Below, in pieces: positions 51,801 through 64,000 of a stretch of 64,000 nucleotides of DNA. Made by a program: the position numbers and the translations under genes. Under the pieces are notes generated by a model. That model worked only from the letters and a program-made list of their open reading frames with translations. It was not told the origin of the DNA and searched no databases. The stretch's first letter is position 1, and each line of letters begins with the position of its first letter. Source of the DNA: Guillardia theta CCMP2712 (Eukaryota > Protista > Cryptophyta); contig NW_005434665.1 of NCBI RefSeq assembly GCF_000315625.1, forward strand, positions 783,741 through 847,740, in the 5' to 3' direction.

Positions 51801-52758
51801 AAGACGTGTTCAAGCTGATTGTCCAAGTGGGCCTGTCGATGCCGCAGAACGACATCCTGGCCTACCACAAGGTCGCGATCTCCTTCTATTCCTGCATCGA
51901 GGCCATGTTCAAGCACGCCATTTCCATCGTGATCGGTCTGGAGACTGTAGAAGTCACGCAGATACTTCAGGTGGAGATGTCTTCCCTCCTGTGAATGTTG
52001 TCAACTTCTGGATCTCACGTTCCGCTGCAGATCGTGTACAACGGCTTGACAAACGCTCTGCACCCGAGCGTCCACGTCATGTGTGCTTCTACCATTGAGA
52101 GTTTCGCCATCTTCCTCTTCCGCACGAGCAAGAGACGCTCGTCCCTGGCGGTCAGGATGAGGCTCCATCTCGAGCAGGTGAGTGCATCCGACCCGCCCCG
52201 ACCCCATGGTGAGACGAGCGATGGCTCAGGTACCCACCCTGCTCGGCGACTTGCAGCTGGTGCTGCTCAAGCAGGTGATCTTCAACGACGTGGTCGGGCT
52301 GGAGCTCTTGGCCTTCCCGCTCCTCTCACTCATCTTGGCTGCTGAGACAACTTTCACCGCTGTCACAAACGAGGTTTGTCGTTGTCCTTTCCTCTCCCTC
52401 TCCTCCTGCCACTCGCCCATTCAGTTCTATCTGGACCAGTCTCTCCCTGCTCCTGCCCCTCGTTACGATGCTTTCTCCCTTCCTCCTCTCCCCTCCTCAT
52501 AGCAAGAAGTTGAATTTCCCTGACCCCTCTGCCAGTTTGTAGCGAGACAAAGTCAACAAGGAGGGCTCTGCCTGATGGAGGCGCTGAAGCTACTGATGCA
52601 AGGTAGAGGAGCGGGGGAGGGCGGGGAGCACGCAAATGACCGATGCCTTCGCAGATGTGAACAAGAACCTCGAAGGATTCAATCGAGGCAAGTTCATCAA
52701 GAACGTGGAGAGGTTCAGGGCGGAGCTGAAGGACGTAAGGGACGTCCTCGTGGTCTGA
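48896..52758 (+). CDS. Exportin-7/RanBP16-17-like karyopherin
   Basis: Over 1000-aa helical protein with SVYHLLHFW, ARDLRGIA, VLKMWMEIASNARNRISFD and YKCIGICMLSMTLALSGEYVGFGAFSMYGD, resembling XPO7 motifs. Confidence 0.85.
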
Positions 52759-52866
52759 CCGGCCACCACGACCACCGGGAGTCTACCCTCCCACCATGTA
52801 CATAGCATAGGAGGACTCTCAATTTTTCATCTGGACCTCTGCAATCCGTTTTTTCCCTCTCGTCTT

Positions 52867-53570
52867 TTATGTGAACTTTGGCATTGGAACCAAGAGGCTT
52901 GTCGAGCTCTTGTACTGCTGGTACGACACGTCCTCCCCGTATTTCTGCATGCCGCTCGTCAGCCGGAGCGAGCAAGAGCCACCACCACACCTTGTCGTAG
53001 CTCGCCTCGAGGATGGGAATGCCTGACACCCGCAGCAGCAGGAACGTGATGAAGAGGGGAGAGACGATCGTCCACTTGGGGGCCAGCGGCAGGGAAGCCA
53101 TGTAGAGCGACCACCACTGCATAGAGTTGCTCAGTCAGCAGCAACAGTACGCCTCACCGTGTCCTCTCCCTTCCCTTCCCCTCTCCTCCCGTGCCCTCTC
53201 CTCACCACGACAATCTCCCCGAAGTAGTTGGGATGCCTGCTGTAGTACCACAGTCCCTGGTCGCAGAACTTGTTCTTGTTCTCCGGCATCGCCTGCCCAG
53301 CATCACCCGTGAGGAGGGCAAGGGCGACATTACCTTGAAGGTGCTCTTCTGATGATCCGCAAAGACCTCGATCAAAAAGCCTACGAGGAAGGGGAGGAAC
53401 CACAGCTTGCTCCCCTCCGTCGGCCTCTTGGCCGGGTTCACTCTGCACGCGGTGAGGATGGGCAGCATGGTGATAAGGGACCAGAGGGCCTGAGCTCAGG
53501 CGTTATCCTTCAAGACAAAGAATAAGGAAGGGAGGGGTTGGGGGGAAAGTAAGGTAGACGAGGATGGACT

Positions 53571-53608
<38 letters not shown>

Positions 53609-54005
53609 CAGGGGAATGGTGATATAGCACCTGGATGAACCAGAAACCAGCTAGTTTGATAGGAATCTCCCCAGGTTTGGGGAAGAAGGATGCTAGGCGT
53701 TTGTCTTCGGGCGAGCGGAGAATCCTAAGAAAGAGGAAGCCTCCGAGTCGGATAGACCAGAGAACGACGCAGGCGATGAGGAGCAGCTGCGTGTTGGAGG
53801 GAGGAGGGCGAGGACGCTGGGAGAGGTGAAGCAGACGCTGCAGCGCCATGACTGTGAAAGCGCCGCAGCCGCATATGTCAGTCAGCTTGTGCGTTCCAGT
53901 CCACCAGGTGAGGAGGAAGCCGACGAAGTTGAGCATCCCTCCCACGAGCCAGCCTGCCTCCTCGCCAGCCAGCCATCCCCCAATCCGCTCCATCCCTTGT
54001 CGCAC
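52867..54005 (-). CDS. DUF1295 / steroid 5-alpha-reductase-like membrane protein
   Basis: [53 protein letters not shown]. Confidence 0.85.
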
Positions 54006-54922
54006 TTCTGAACCGGATCATCCTTTGTATGTCCCCCGACCCAAGACAAACTCAGTGACCGGTGTCCACTTCGGCATCGGGCCGCCATCCCGGCATGCCG
54101 GCCCGCCAACGAATTCCACCCTAAAAATATCCATTCATGGCCTCAGCACCCACACCCCCGTGAATCGCCAGCAAAGTACCCCTACTAAGAGGACTTCCCT
54201 ACATTGCGAAGCTGACCTCCGTACCCTACCCTTTCCCCAGGGTCACACCTTCCCACCCCAGATCAGTGTACCCCCCTGTTATCCATGTCATTTCAGTATT
54301 TAGCACCCGTACTTGGCTACACCTCTACTACCTGTAGTAGATGCACAACCACCCTACCTTCTAAAGCCGTTTGATCACCCCTACTCTCTACCGTGTCCCG
54401 TCCCTCTACCCCCTCCTCCCCCCCCTTTTTCATACCTCCAGTACCCCTCATCCAGGTGGATCCTTGTCATTACCAGAAACATTTACTACCCCACCATTCT
54501 GCTTGGTACCCCCCTTGTCATCATCTGACTACCCTACTAATCTCGGGGTACGTACCCCCTCGACTGACCAACACCTGCATCCTGCAGCTCTTGGAGTGCC
54601 TAGATCTGTACCGCATAACTCAAATTGCAACCACCGGTAGTCTTATCACCCCTACCCCAGGTTTACAGGAAAAATCTTAAACCACCCCCTTATTCATCAG
54701 CAATAATCAGTTGAACCAACCGAAGTTGAGAAACGATTCAGTAAACCCATCTCACCCCCTCATTATCCCCAAATTAGTACCGGTGATCATGAATTTTACT
54801 CCGAACACCCACCCCTGCATACTAAAATTAACCTGCACTACCCCCACAAAATCGAAGACCCCTCTCAGAATGACCCACCCTCGTCCACCTGTCCTGGCTA
54901 ATCTGGGCAGAACCGCCGAAGC

Positions 54923-55670
54923 CATGGCGACCGTAGTTTCATCTCACATTCAGTTGCCAATGGCTGACAAGGCGCCACTCTCAACCCCCTCCTCCTCTCA
55001 TGCCAACTTACCGCTTGTATCCTCTCCTGCTGCTACCTCATCGATGGTCTCATCCTCTGTGCGCAGCACTGTATCGTCACCCTTCACTAACGACCAGGCA
55101 ACGACTCAAATTCCTTCCTTCCCTTCAGCGCGCGAGCGACTTCGGGCCGGCCTTCTTCAGAGGAAGGCGATGTCAGCGTCAGGTTCTCACATGCAAGCTG
55201 GCAGCGAGAGCGCAAGGCTTGGATCGGGATCTTTGGTGGAGAAAAGGAAGAGCACCTACCAGGAGATTATTGCTCCCTCTGCTAAGAAGCCGCGTGGGCA
55301 TGAGAGTTGTAAGGAGGCGGAAACATGCAGTCCGTTGCCACAAAATACTTCAGGTCATGTTGTCGGTGACATGGAGAGCCCATGCAGTGTCGCAGATGCG
55401 GTGGGTTATCATGGTTTCACCGAGTACGATCAGGTGAACGCGTCCTCGGAACACGGTGGGGTCGATAGCGAGACGGACGGTCTTTCCCTCGCTGTCACGC
55501 CTGAGGCAGTCTACGACGTGTTGGAATCAGGAGAAGAGGATGGAGCTCCTTGGGATTTCGAGATCGGGACAGGAGACATTCAAAACCTGGACGATGGAAA
55601 TTGTGGGTTGCAGGATTGTGGAGAGTGGGACATGAACTTGTATGAGATGCTTGATTCGAATGCAGACTAG
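54923..55670 (+). CDS. Intronless hypothetical protein: Ser-rich, NLS-like basic motifs, acidic C-terminus
   Basis: Open frame from MATVVSS; KRKS..AKKPR; D/E/W/F-rich end. Confidence 0.55.
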
Positions 55671-55864
55671 GCAACTTCACCCTCGAGCTACTGACGAAGA
55701 AGTGCTCCTCTTGCGGAAAGTGAGGCTGGAAATTCCAGTCCGTCGCATCGAGGCATTTGCGAACTGGTTACTGTTGTGTTGTACGTGTGAAGCGGATCTT
55801 TCTCTGTCGAATTCAAGGTATAAATAAAATTCAAAAAAGATGAAACAGAGACAATCATGTTGAA

Positions 55865-58800
55865 CTAGGTTTTGATGTATTTCTCCATGATCTTAACACA
55901 CTCTGCCCTCTTGAACATTCTCGCCACGTCCAAAGGTGTTTCTCCATGACAGTTGGTTACAGTCGGGTCTGCTTGCAGTGAGAGCAGGTACTCACAGCAC
56001 GAGATGTGCCCGTAGCAGGCTGCTAGATGAAGAGCCGTCCTCCTCTCCGCCATATCCTGCTGTGAGACAAACTCCCTGACAGAGGAGATTGTTTCTTGCG
56101 GACTTCTCCCATCCAACTGTTGTGTCTCAGTACCAGCCGAGAGGGGAGCAAACCTTGCCTTCAACTTGTCCCTCAGGCGTCCGATGACTAACTCCATGCA
56201 TTCTTGCTTCCCCCACTGCGCTGCCTGCATCTGGCATCAGCAGATGCAGCAGAGCGCCTGGACTCACATGATGCATTGTCGTCCAACCCCCCCGTACTTC
56301 GAACAGGCATGCCGCTGGCAGCTCCTGCAGGACAGCGAGATGGCCAAACATGGACGCAAGGAAGCTTGCTGTGTTGCCTGCAGATCGATAGCTCAGGTGC
56401 TGTCAAGAAATGCTCTTGCCCTCTTCACCGTCGGCATCCGCGGCGTGTGGATCGGCCGATCTCTGTAGCAAGGATTTGACAACTGCAGCATGCCCGAATC
56501 TCGCCGCTCTTGGTGAGATAGAGGAGCAGGTCAGGCTAACAAGGAGGGGGCAGCCGGATGATGCTCTACCTCATCAGTGCAGTTCCATCTCGACTTCCTG
56601 CACCTGCCTCCACCTGTGCTGTCATGAGCAGCAGGTGATCACAAGCAAGCGTTAACCTGTGCTTTCCCTTCATTGCAGAGAAACTCTACGGCGTCGACCT
56701 TGCCGTAGCCCTGCTGTCGTCGTCATTTGTCGTCCACAGAGGGGCCTCGTCACCGCGGCGAACAGCAGCGGACGTCTCCCCCGCTTGTCAGGCTCATCGA
56801 GGGAAATGCCCTGGCGATGAGATTCCTGCGATGGATGGGAGGGAGGGTCAAAAGAGCATGGAAGTAGAACCGGTAAAAGAGGAATGGCAAGAGGGAGTGA
56901 GGAGGGGGAGTGCAAGTGCAAGACACGTGGGAAAGGTGGCGTGAGTCTCAAAGGAGCTTGTCTCAGCACCTTCAACTTAGCTAGATTCCCTTGCCAGCAT
57001 GCCGAAGACAAAGCATTGACTTGGTTCAGCTTGGACAGCTGAGCAAACTTCGGCTCCTCCAACTCGCTGCAAGCCACCTCTCTTTCGGGCTCCGGTGGAA
57101 TCACGATCTTTGCCAAGACGATGATGCACCGTTGCCAATGATCCTGCCAACATCGACTTCACCCAGCCAACACCAGGAGCGGAGGGGGGCAGCAGACCTG
57201 CTCATCGTTGCTTCCCATGCCATGGTCATCCACCGCCATCTCCTCCAGCTGCAAACCTTGGACGATGGTGAGCGCAACGTAGTGTGGGGATGGAGCAGGA
57301 TACCGATCTCGAGCCGGTCGATGATGCTTGACACGAGCTTCTCAGCGCTCCCCGTGGAACTTTCCCACCACCACATCCTGGGTCGATCTTCATCGTCCGC
57401 TGCACTCCTCCCCCTCTCAAGTTACGCCAGTCGAGCTCCAGGCGCCATGGCCATTTCAGCCCATCGCAGTAGGCTACTCAAGATGCCAAAGTCGACCTCC
57501 TCATCCCCATAGTAGACCTGTCCTGCCCTCCTGCTCCTTATAAGCTCTTGGGGCCGTAGCAGGGCGGCAGCTGTACCTCCCATATGGAGGGTCGCAGACG
57601 ATCGCGTCGAATTTCCCCACCCACGGGCATCGGCTGATGTCAGCGACGACATCAACAGCTCCGGTGCCTGTGAAACTTGAGCAAGACGGACAAACTTGCA
57701 AATGTCAAACTGACATTGAACGTCCGAACCCAAGGTGAACGATGCTCCCAAGTCCGTTGCAGCCTGAAGCAATGCCTGGTACAACGCATGTCACCATCCT
57801 CTTCCTCCTTCCCCTCTGTCTCACTGCCGGCCTGACTGTGTCTCTCTTTATCAATCTCCATGCATCTCTGCCTTTCATCTTACCCCACTTCCCGCAAACG
57901 GGTCACAAACAAGCTTCCCCGGGCACACCCGCGCGCAGTTGGCGGTCAGCCAGGACCGGATGGCGTCCATTCTCGTAGGAGCTGCACGGAGATAGAGGTA
58001 CTGAGGTTACTCGTTCGGCACTTGCGCTTGCATGTTCCGACCTGTCTGCTCAGCTACAGCCGAGTCGGGCTTGCCGACAGAGGAAAACGACCTGTAAGCA
58101 TCCAATTGAGCAAGGAGCAGGAGAATGGACAGGAAACAGCTGGATGGGCCTGACGGGGGGAGGGATACCATTCTTTGATCGCTCGAGCTGCTAACTTGTT
58201 CCCTCCGATCGCAAAGAGCCTGCCATGAGTGCATGGGACAGTTTTCTCGATCGCTATAAGGGCCGTCAGCTTGGACCGAGCATCCCTCCATGCTCACCGT
58301 TCATGCCGCCCGCAACTCCTCGCATGTCAGCCAGTACATGCATCTCCCCAACCTCCCAGTCGCCATTGCTCGCATCGCCTACATCTTTGATGTTGTCTTC
58401 CGACTGCCAGAACTGTTTGCTCCAAGCTCTCATCTGAAGGAGCGACACTCGTCGGCCTATCAGCTGGAAGATGCGAGGGGGGGAGCAGAGTGCAATGCCA
58501 ACAAGTCCGTTCCCCGATGTTGTCTGTCAGACAGCAACTTAAAGACTTCAGCATGCTCCTGACGATGCTAACCTCTGTGTACGCACTCCGAACGAGCACA
58601 CATCGCGCCAGGACGGATCGAACAACAGAGAAGAAATGCGCCTGAGATGAGGAGGAGGAGGAGGAGGAGGTCAATCTGTACTTGCCAATCACTGAATCAG
58701 GATCCAAGATGAGCAAACGACCTGCAGCGGACGAAGCATGTGTGAATCCGTTTCGAAGAGCTGTTTGCTGGGAAACCAATCATCCTCTTGACAAGTTGCG

Positions 58801-59017
58801 ATCAGACAAAGAGATCCAAGGGTGGCGAAGGGGGAGCGAGCTAGTAAGGGCGGGAAGGAGGAAGGAGAAAGATGCTGTCCTGATTACCATCCTCTGGTCG
58901 GAAGTCGCAGAGCAAGATTCCTGCGAGAGAGGCGACGGACAACAGCTCGAGTGCAACGAGATCCTGGATGAAAGGAAGTTGAGGGGCGATGTTCTCCGCT
59001 TCCCTTCCTCTCTCCTC
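55865..59017 (-). CDS. Trm11-like (tRNA m2G10-type) SAM methyltransferase fused to C-terminal ankyrin repeats; 5' end near the gap
   Basis: APTRMDAIRSWLTANCARVCPGKLVCDPFAGSG, GSD, FDAIVCDPPYG, GARLAMWW and WQRCIIVLAK run in frame into ALSSACWQGN, RRPLLFAA, TALHLAACYGH and GETPLDVA. Confidence 0.8.
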
Positions 59018-59192
59018 CTGCAATCCTTGCCATCTCCATCATCTCTGCTGCATTCTCCCTTCATGCTTCACCTCTCCCTCTTCTCCCTCCTCTCTCCTCT
59101 CCTCTCCTCTCCTCTCCCTCCTCCCTCCTCCCTCCTCTCCTCTCCTCTCCTCTCCTCTCCTCTCCTCTCCTCTCCTCTCCTCTCCTCTCCTC

Positions 59193-59292
59193 NNNNNNNN
59201 NNNNNNNNNNNNNNNNNNNNNNNNNNNNNNNNNNNNNNNNNNNNNNNNNNNNNNNNNNNNNNNNNNNNNNNNNNNNNNNNNNNNNNNNNNNN
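59193..59292. other. Assembly gap (100 N) next to a (CTCTC)n repeat
   Basis: Run of N read directly. Confidence 1.
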
Positions 59293-59442
59293 TGATGGGT
59301 CGGCCGGAGAGGGAGGGGGAGGAGGGAGGGGAACGATGGCGAGGGAGATGCAGTAGGAGGGGAGAGAGAGGGGAGGCAGCAGCAGGAGGGGAAGGAGGAG
59401 AGGGGAAGGGGAGGGGGCAGCGGTGGGCAGGGGAACGTGAGC

Positions 59443-59508
59443 ATGATCATTCAGTGGAGACGAGAAGTTGCAAGAAGGAGGAAGGAGGGTCAAAGTTCCT
59501 GCAATGCA

Positions 59509-59573
<65 letters not shown>

Positions 59574-62500
59574 AGGGCTGATCTGACAGCAGATGCCAAC
59601 TTCATCCAAGGACAAGGAGGAGTCAAAGCTTCCTATCGAGGAGATGAAACCTGGTGACTCCTTGCGAGCATGCAGCTCACGATATGACGCTTGTCACCGC
59701 AGGGACCAAGTGCGCAGCCTTCGATGACCGGGACGGGAAGTGAGGAGGAGCAAGTGAGGGAAAGGATGTTCTCCCTCACCGCCATGGCAGGTGGTTCAGC
59801 TCCCGTATCGTGGAAGTGAACGAGGACGAGCAGACGGCCAAGGTTCACTTCATTGGATGGTGAGCAGGGAGCGATCCTGGGCGGGAGCTGACGCAAGGGG
59901 TTCAGGAGCAACAGATTCGATCGCTGGGTGAACTATAAGGACCTGAGAGGATACATGGTCGATTGCCTCAACCGCCTGCTGCCAAGTGATGACTGACTGT
60001 CTGCAAGGAGACAAGCCTTCCCAAGACCCCAACCCCGAGGATCCTGCGGGTGATCAAGGTGGGTCTGGTAGCTGAGCAGCCAACTTCTACCGTCATCTCC
60101 TTGCTTCCCCCCTCCCCCCTCCTCCCTCCTCCCCGTTCAACAAAAACTGCGTGGCACAGCTTTACTCCCTGTCTCCTCCTTCCTCCCTCCTCCCTCCTCC
60201 CTCCTCCCTCCTCCCTCCTGTCCTCCCGACTCCCGACTCCTCCCGACTCCTTCATCTACCTCATGCGCCCGGTACAGGTGGCAGAGAATCTCGTCGATTT
60301 CGAAGTCAGACAAGAGACTTTTGGTTCTTTCCACTCATGGTTGACATCAGATCGAAGAGAAGGATCCTGTGATGGCTCCCTGGAAATATCAGGTCAGTAT
60401 GATCTGTGATTGAAGGAGGAGGAGGAGGGAGGAGGGAGGAGGGAGGAGGGAGGAAGGAGGAAGGAGGAGACAGGGAGTAAAGCTGTGCCACGCAGTTTTT
60501 GTTGAACGGGGAGGAGCAAGAGTCGCAGCGGATCTCGACGACGAAAAGAAACATGAAGACAAACGCAGAGGGCAAGGTGATCGACAAGAACAGGAAGAAC
60601 ATCTATGTCTGCCCTCTGCGGGATGCGATACTGCTAGAGGACATCGAGGTCCTTTTTCTCGATTGTCCCCCGAACCCTCTGACAGGCTGCAGGGTTTGAA
60701 AGTCAGCCTGCGAGTCCAGGCGTCAAAGCACTCTTTCAGTGACTGGAGTGCTTCTAAGCTCGTGCGCCGCTCAAGGGAGAGAGAAGGGCGTTTGACTTGC
60801 CTTGCAGCTGACAAAGTGGCTTGCGATGAACGGTGAAGGCAAGAGTCCGAACAAAAAGTCTCCGAAAGGTGATGGAGGTCATTACTTTTTCTAGCTCGAT
60901 CTGTGTTGAAGTTTTTGGTTGTGATTGGTACGATCTTGACTGGACAGGGTCTATCTCTTCAGACAAGGTGAATCATGCTACAAGCTGAACTCGTTTTCAC
61001 TCTTGTTGTCGACTTTTCAGGTGATTCAGGAAGAAGCTCAGGTTGAGAAGAAGAAGAAGAAGAAGAAGAACAATCAAAAGACAGGTAACCAGAATTGCGA
61101 CGAGGTAGAAGTATGTATATCGTATTTGTTGAAATGATTTTCAGACGACGCTACTCCGGAGAAAACTCCAGAAAGCAGCGGAAAGAAGAGAAAATCTGTG
61201 AGCAGCAACAGCAGCAAATCGCCGAGGGATAACAAAGTTCAGAAAACATCTCAAGGTGAAGTCCAAGACGCCAAGACACTCCTTTCCGACGAAAATGTTT
61301 TGAGCGCGAACAAGGACGCTCAAGAGACTGTTCCTACCGACGACAAAGATCTGAGTCCAAACAAGATGCCCAAAGAGGCAATTTCTACCGATGGCAAAGT
61401 TTTGAGTTCGAAGAAGAAGTCTAAATCCAAGAAGTTGGAGTCCAAAGACTCCGGAAAGAAAACAAACAGCGTAAAGTCAAAGAAAGTGTCCAAACAGCAG
61501 CAGCCAACAGCTACAGCTGATGACCTCGGAGTAACAGAGCTGGCTGCTGCGGATTTTGCGCTGGCCCCGATCGGTTCTGAGGAGGAGGCGAACAAGGGAG
61601 TCAAGGCAGAGACGGTGACGGTGGCAACCAAAAGCTCGAATGAGGATTACTTTCAGCTGGACGCCCGTCCGAGAAACCTTGATCGTGAGCTGAGCCAACC
61701 GAGTCATCAGACGGGGACAGGTCCTGTCCAGGTAGATCCCACCAGCCAGCGCTCGAGAGTGAAGGTGATGGCCCTTTGGCATGCGCTGGTGTTGTGACAT
61801 TTGTACAGGAGGAGGTTGACGAGGAGGGAGAGGAAAAGGAAGAGCAGGGCAAAGAGATCAAAAAGGACAAAGAAATGCTCGGAAATGCTGGAACGAAGGA
61901 GGAGGGAGTGGATGAACTAGACGCGGCCGGCAGGTTGCAGGAGGAGAATGGAGATGTGGGAATGGAGGAGGAGGAGGAGGAGGACGGAGGTAGGGGGACC
62001 AAGGAGCTGGAGAAAGCGAAGATTGATGAGGAGCAGAAACCGTGAGTTTCTCCCCTGTGTCGTGCCCTTGTGATGTAAACTCGTCCACCGCAGCAAATCA
62101 AGGGAGGAATGCAGCGGGGGAGGTGGAGACGGCAAACTAAATGTCTTGACTAGCGAGAAGAAGGGAGTTTTGGTGCGGGACACCAACCTCGTTCGGAAGA
62201 AACTCCAGCCCTCGGTGACAAATTCCGCTCCTCTGGACCCCCCCCCAACCACCACCACCACCTCCTCCTCCTCCACCACCACCACCACCACCACCACCAC
62301 CACCACCACCTCCTCCTCCTCCTCCTCCTCCTCCTCCTCCTCCTCCTCCTCCTCCTCCCAACTCTCAACACCTCTCCTCATAGCTCTCCTTGCTTGGCCC
62401 TCATTGAACTGATTCTCTTTCCTCAGCTTCCTACGTTTTCTTCTCCCTTCTGCCTCAAGCCGTTTGTCAAGCTCGGCGCCTGGGACGAAGGGTGAGAAAT

Positions 62501-62722
62501 ACTAGGAAAAGTCAGCGGAGTTCGGGAAGGAGGAAAAGGGTTTAGGGCATTCAAGGAGCAGGAGCAGGATAGGGGAAGGAAGATGGAGAGCAAGAGAGGG
62601 ATATGCACAGGAAGAGGAAGAGGGATTGAGGGAAGTGAAGCGCATGCTGGGGCAGGTACAAGATGGTTGCCTACCGACGAGGGACGCGGGAGGAAACGAG
62701 AAGCTTGCAAAGGAAGAGCTGA
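59443..62722 (+). CDS. Tudor-knot/chromo-barrel domain protein with Lys-rich and acidic low-complexity regions; both ends approximate
   Basis: Spliced GTKCAAFDDRDGKWFSSRIVEVNEDEQTAKVHFIGWSNRFDRWV matches the chromo-barrel VH(Y/F)xGW..xD.WV pattern. Confidence 0.7.
60126..60516. repeat. Inverted repeat, arms about 60126-60215 and 60424-60516
   Basis: CTCCTCCCCGTTCAACAAAAACTGCGTGGCACAGCTTTACTCCCTGTCTCCTCCTTCCTCC is the exact reverse complement of the right-arm sequence ending at 60516. Confidence 0.95.
62251..62356 (+). repeat. Compound (ACC)n/(TCC)n microsatellite in an intron
   Basis: Read directly. Confidence 0.9.
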
Positions 62723-62893
62723 GCTCCGGAAGATGTGGAGTTTGACACGTGTGCTTGCAGAAGTAAACAAGAGGGTGGAGGGCGGGATGAAGGAGGAGGA
62801 GGAGGAGGAGGAGGAGGAGAGGTGAACTCTGTTCCAACAAGAGTTCGATGGAGTAAGTTGAGGAGGAGGAGGACGAAGAGGACGAGGAGGTAG

Positions 62894-64000
62894 TCACTTG
62901 CCATGGCAGACGATCATGATGTCGAGCTGCTCGTGCTTGCTGTGCAGAAGTACGGGAGAGATTTCAAGAGGATACGAGAAGAAGTCTTCAATGGTGATCG
63001 CGGGTAACGACATCGCACCCCTTTCCTCCTCTTTCGTTTCCTCCTCCTGTTCCTGTTCTTGTTCCTGTTCCTGTTCCTGTTCCTGTTCCTGTTCCTGTTC
63101 CTGTTCATGTTCATGTTCCTCCCACTCCTCCTCCACCACCACCTCCTCCTCCTGTTCCTGTTCCTCCCACTCCCCCTCCCTCTTCTCCCTTCCAATCCCT
63201 CTCTTGCTCTTTCCACTTCGTCTGGCCAGTCCCCATCTACCTGAACTTTTCATCCCCTCAACTTTCTCGCAGCGTCATTTGCATCCGAGACAAGTGGAGA
63301 AAAATCTGTCTGCGAGAGAAGAAGAAATGAAATCAAGACATCCTCCTCCCCCCCTCTTCCCCTGCCTCCCTTTTCTCCCTTCCCCCTCTTCGTCCTCCTT
63401 CTCCTCTCTTGTTCCTTTCGTTAGATCGTCCTTCACAACCACCTCGCCCTCCACTAGTTTCCCATCTTCCAGCAAATTTCGACATATTTTTTGCATTCCG
63501 TTTATTCAATCGAGCTGTTCGACAACAGTTGATCTTTCAGACATTTTCACAAACATTTTCACATTCTGACATTCTCACATATGTACATCATGGACAGGAA
63601 CACCAAGGCACTAGAAGAGGCCACGGCGGATAAGCAAAGTTTCTCCATCCCTCCCTCCTCCCCCCCTTCCGCGCTTATCATCACTTGCTCTTTCGAGAAG
63701 AAGCGCGGGACGGATGCTCGGAGGGAGCTCGGGACTTCACCCCAGACGGAGCTCGCGCCACCTGCTCACCCTGCCATCATGTCAGATCCCTCCTCCTCCT
63801 CCTCCTCCTCCTCCTCCTCCTCGGTGGGGTTGCATCATCAGCAGTTGGTTGTGGTACTGGTGGTCCTCCTCCCCCGCCACCATCATCATGATGATGATGC
63901 TGAAAAGGTAGTAATAATGGTACGAAGAGGAGGTCGATCACGATAATAAGAACCAGGACAACAAAGGAGGAGGAGGGAGGAGGAGGAGGAGGAGGGGGTG
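62894..64000 (-). CDS. Probable multi-exon hypothetical gene entering from beyond the window
   Basis: Short exon-like islands between microsatellites (DFSPLVSDANDAARKLRDEKF; KHEQLDIMIVCHG). The model could not be completed. Confidence 0.3.

Noticed and set aside
62894-62945. DIMIVCHG as a histidine phosphatase (PGAM5-like) motif
   Set aside because: No RHG motif was found and no convincing next exon could be joined.
61917-63569. Poly-G/E/V/W/T and SCSCSC ORFs
   Set aside because: They derive from tri- and hexanucleotide microsatellites in introns or intergenic DNA.

Overview
Gene-dense eukaryotic nuclear DNA, not prokaryotic. It has about 28 protein-coding genes, mostly split by short (~45-60 nt) GT-AG or GC-AG introns, microsatellite-filled longer introns, one tRNA-Phe gene and one 100-N assembly gap. 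ASA-F bipartite leaders and the intron style suggest an alga with a secondary red plastid, probably a cryptophyte such as Guillardia (inference). Recognisable genes: STAR/KH protein, alpha2delta/CACHD1-like VWA-Cache protein, HAUS5-like, selenocysteine thioredoxin reductase with a SECIS, SET protein, PAF1, SNF5, multi-KH protein, prefoldin 5, DBP2 helicase, MFS transporter, CRAL-TRIO, SCAR/WAVE, pepsin-family protease, class II HDAC, exportin-7-like, DUF1295, Trm11-like methyltransferase and a Tudor-knot protein. Top findings: (1) a pepsin-family aspartic protease that looks circularly permuted, with the normally N-terminal GTP..FDTGS catalytic segment placed after the C-lobe and followed by a membrane anchor; (2) a GCUG selenoenzyme TrxR with a signal peptide and an RLRGG motif; (3) a Trm11-ankyrin in-frame fusion; (4) an intronic inverted copy of a downstream splice acceptor; (5) a recurring two-part intergenic motif layout; (6) a 56-aa tyrosine-heptad microprotein. 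All splice models were built by eye, and family calls rest on remembered motifs, not database searches.
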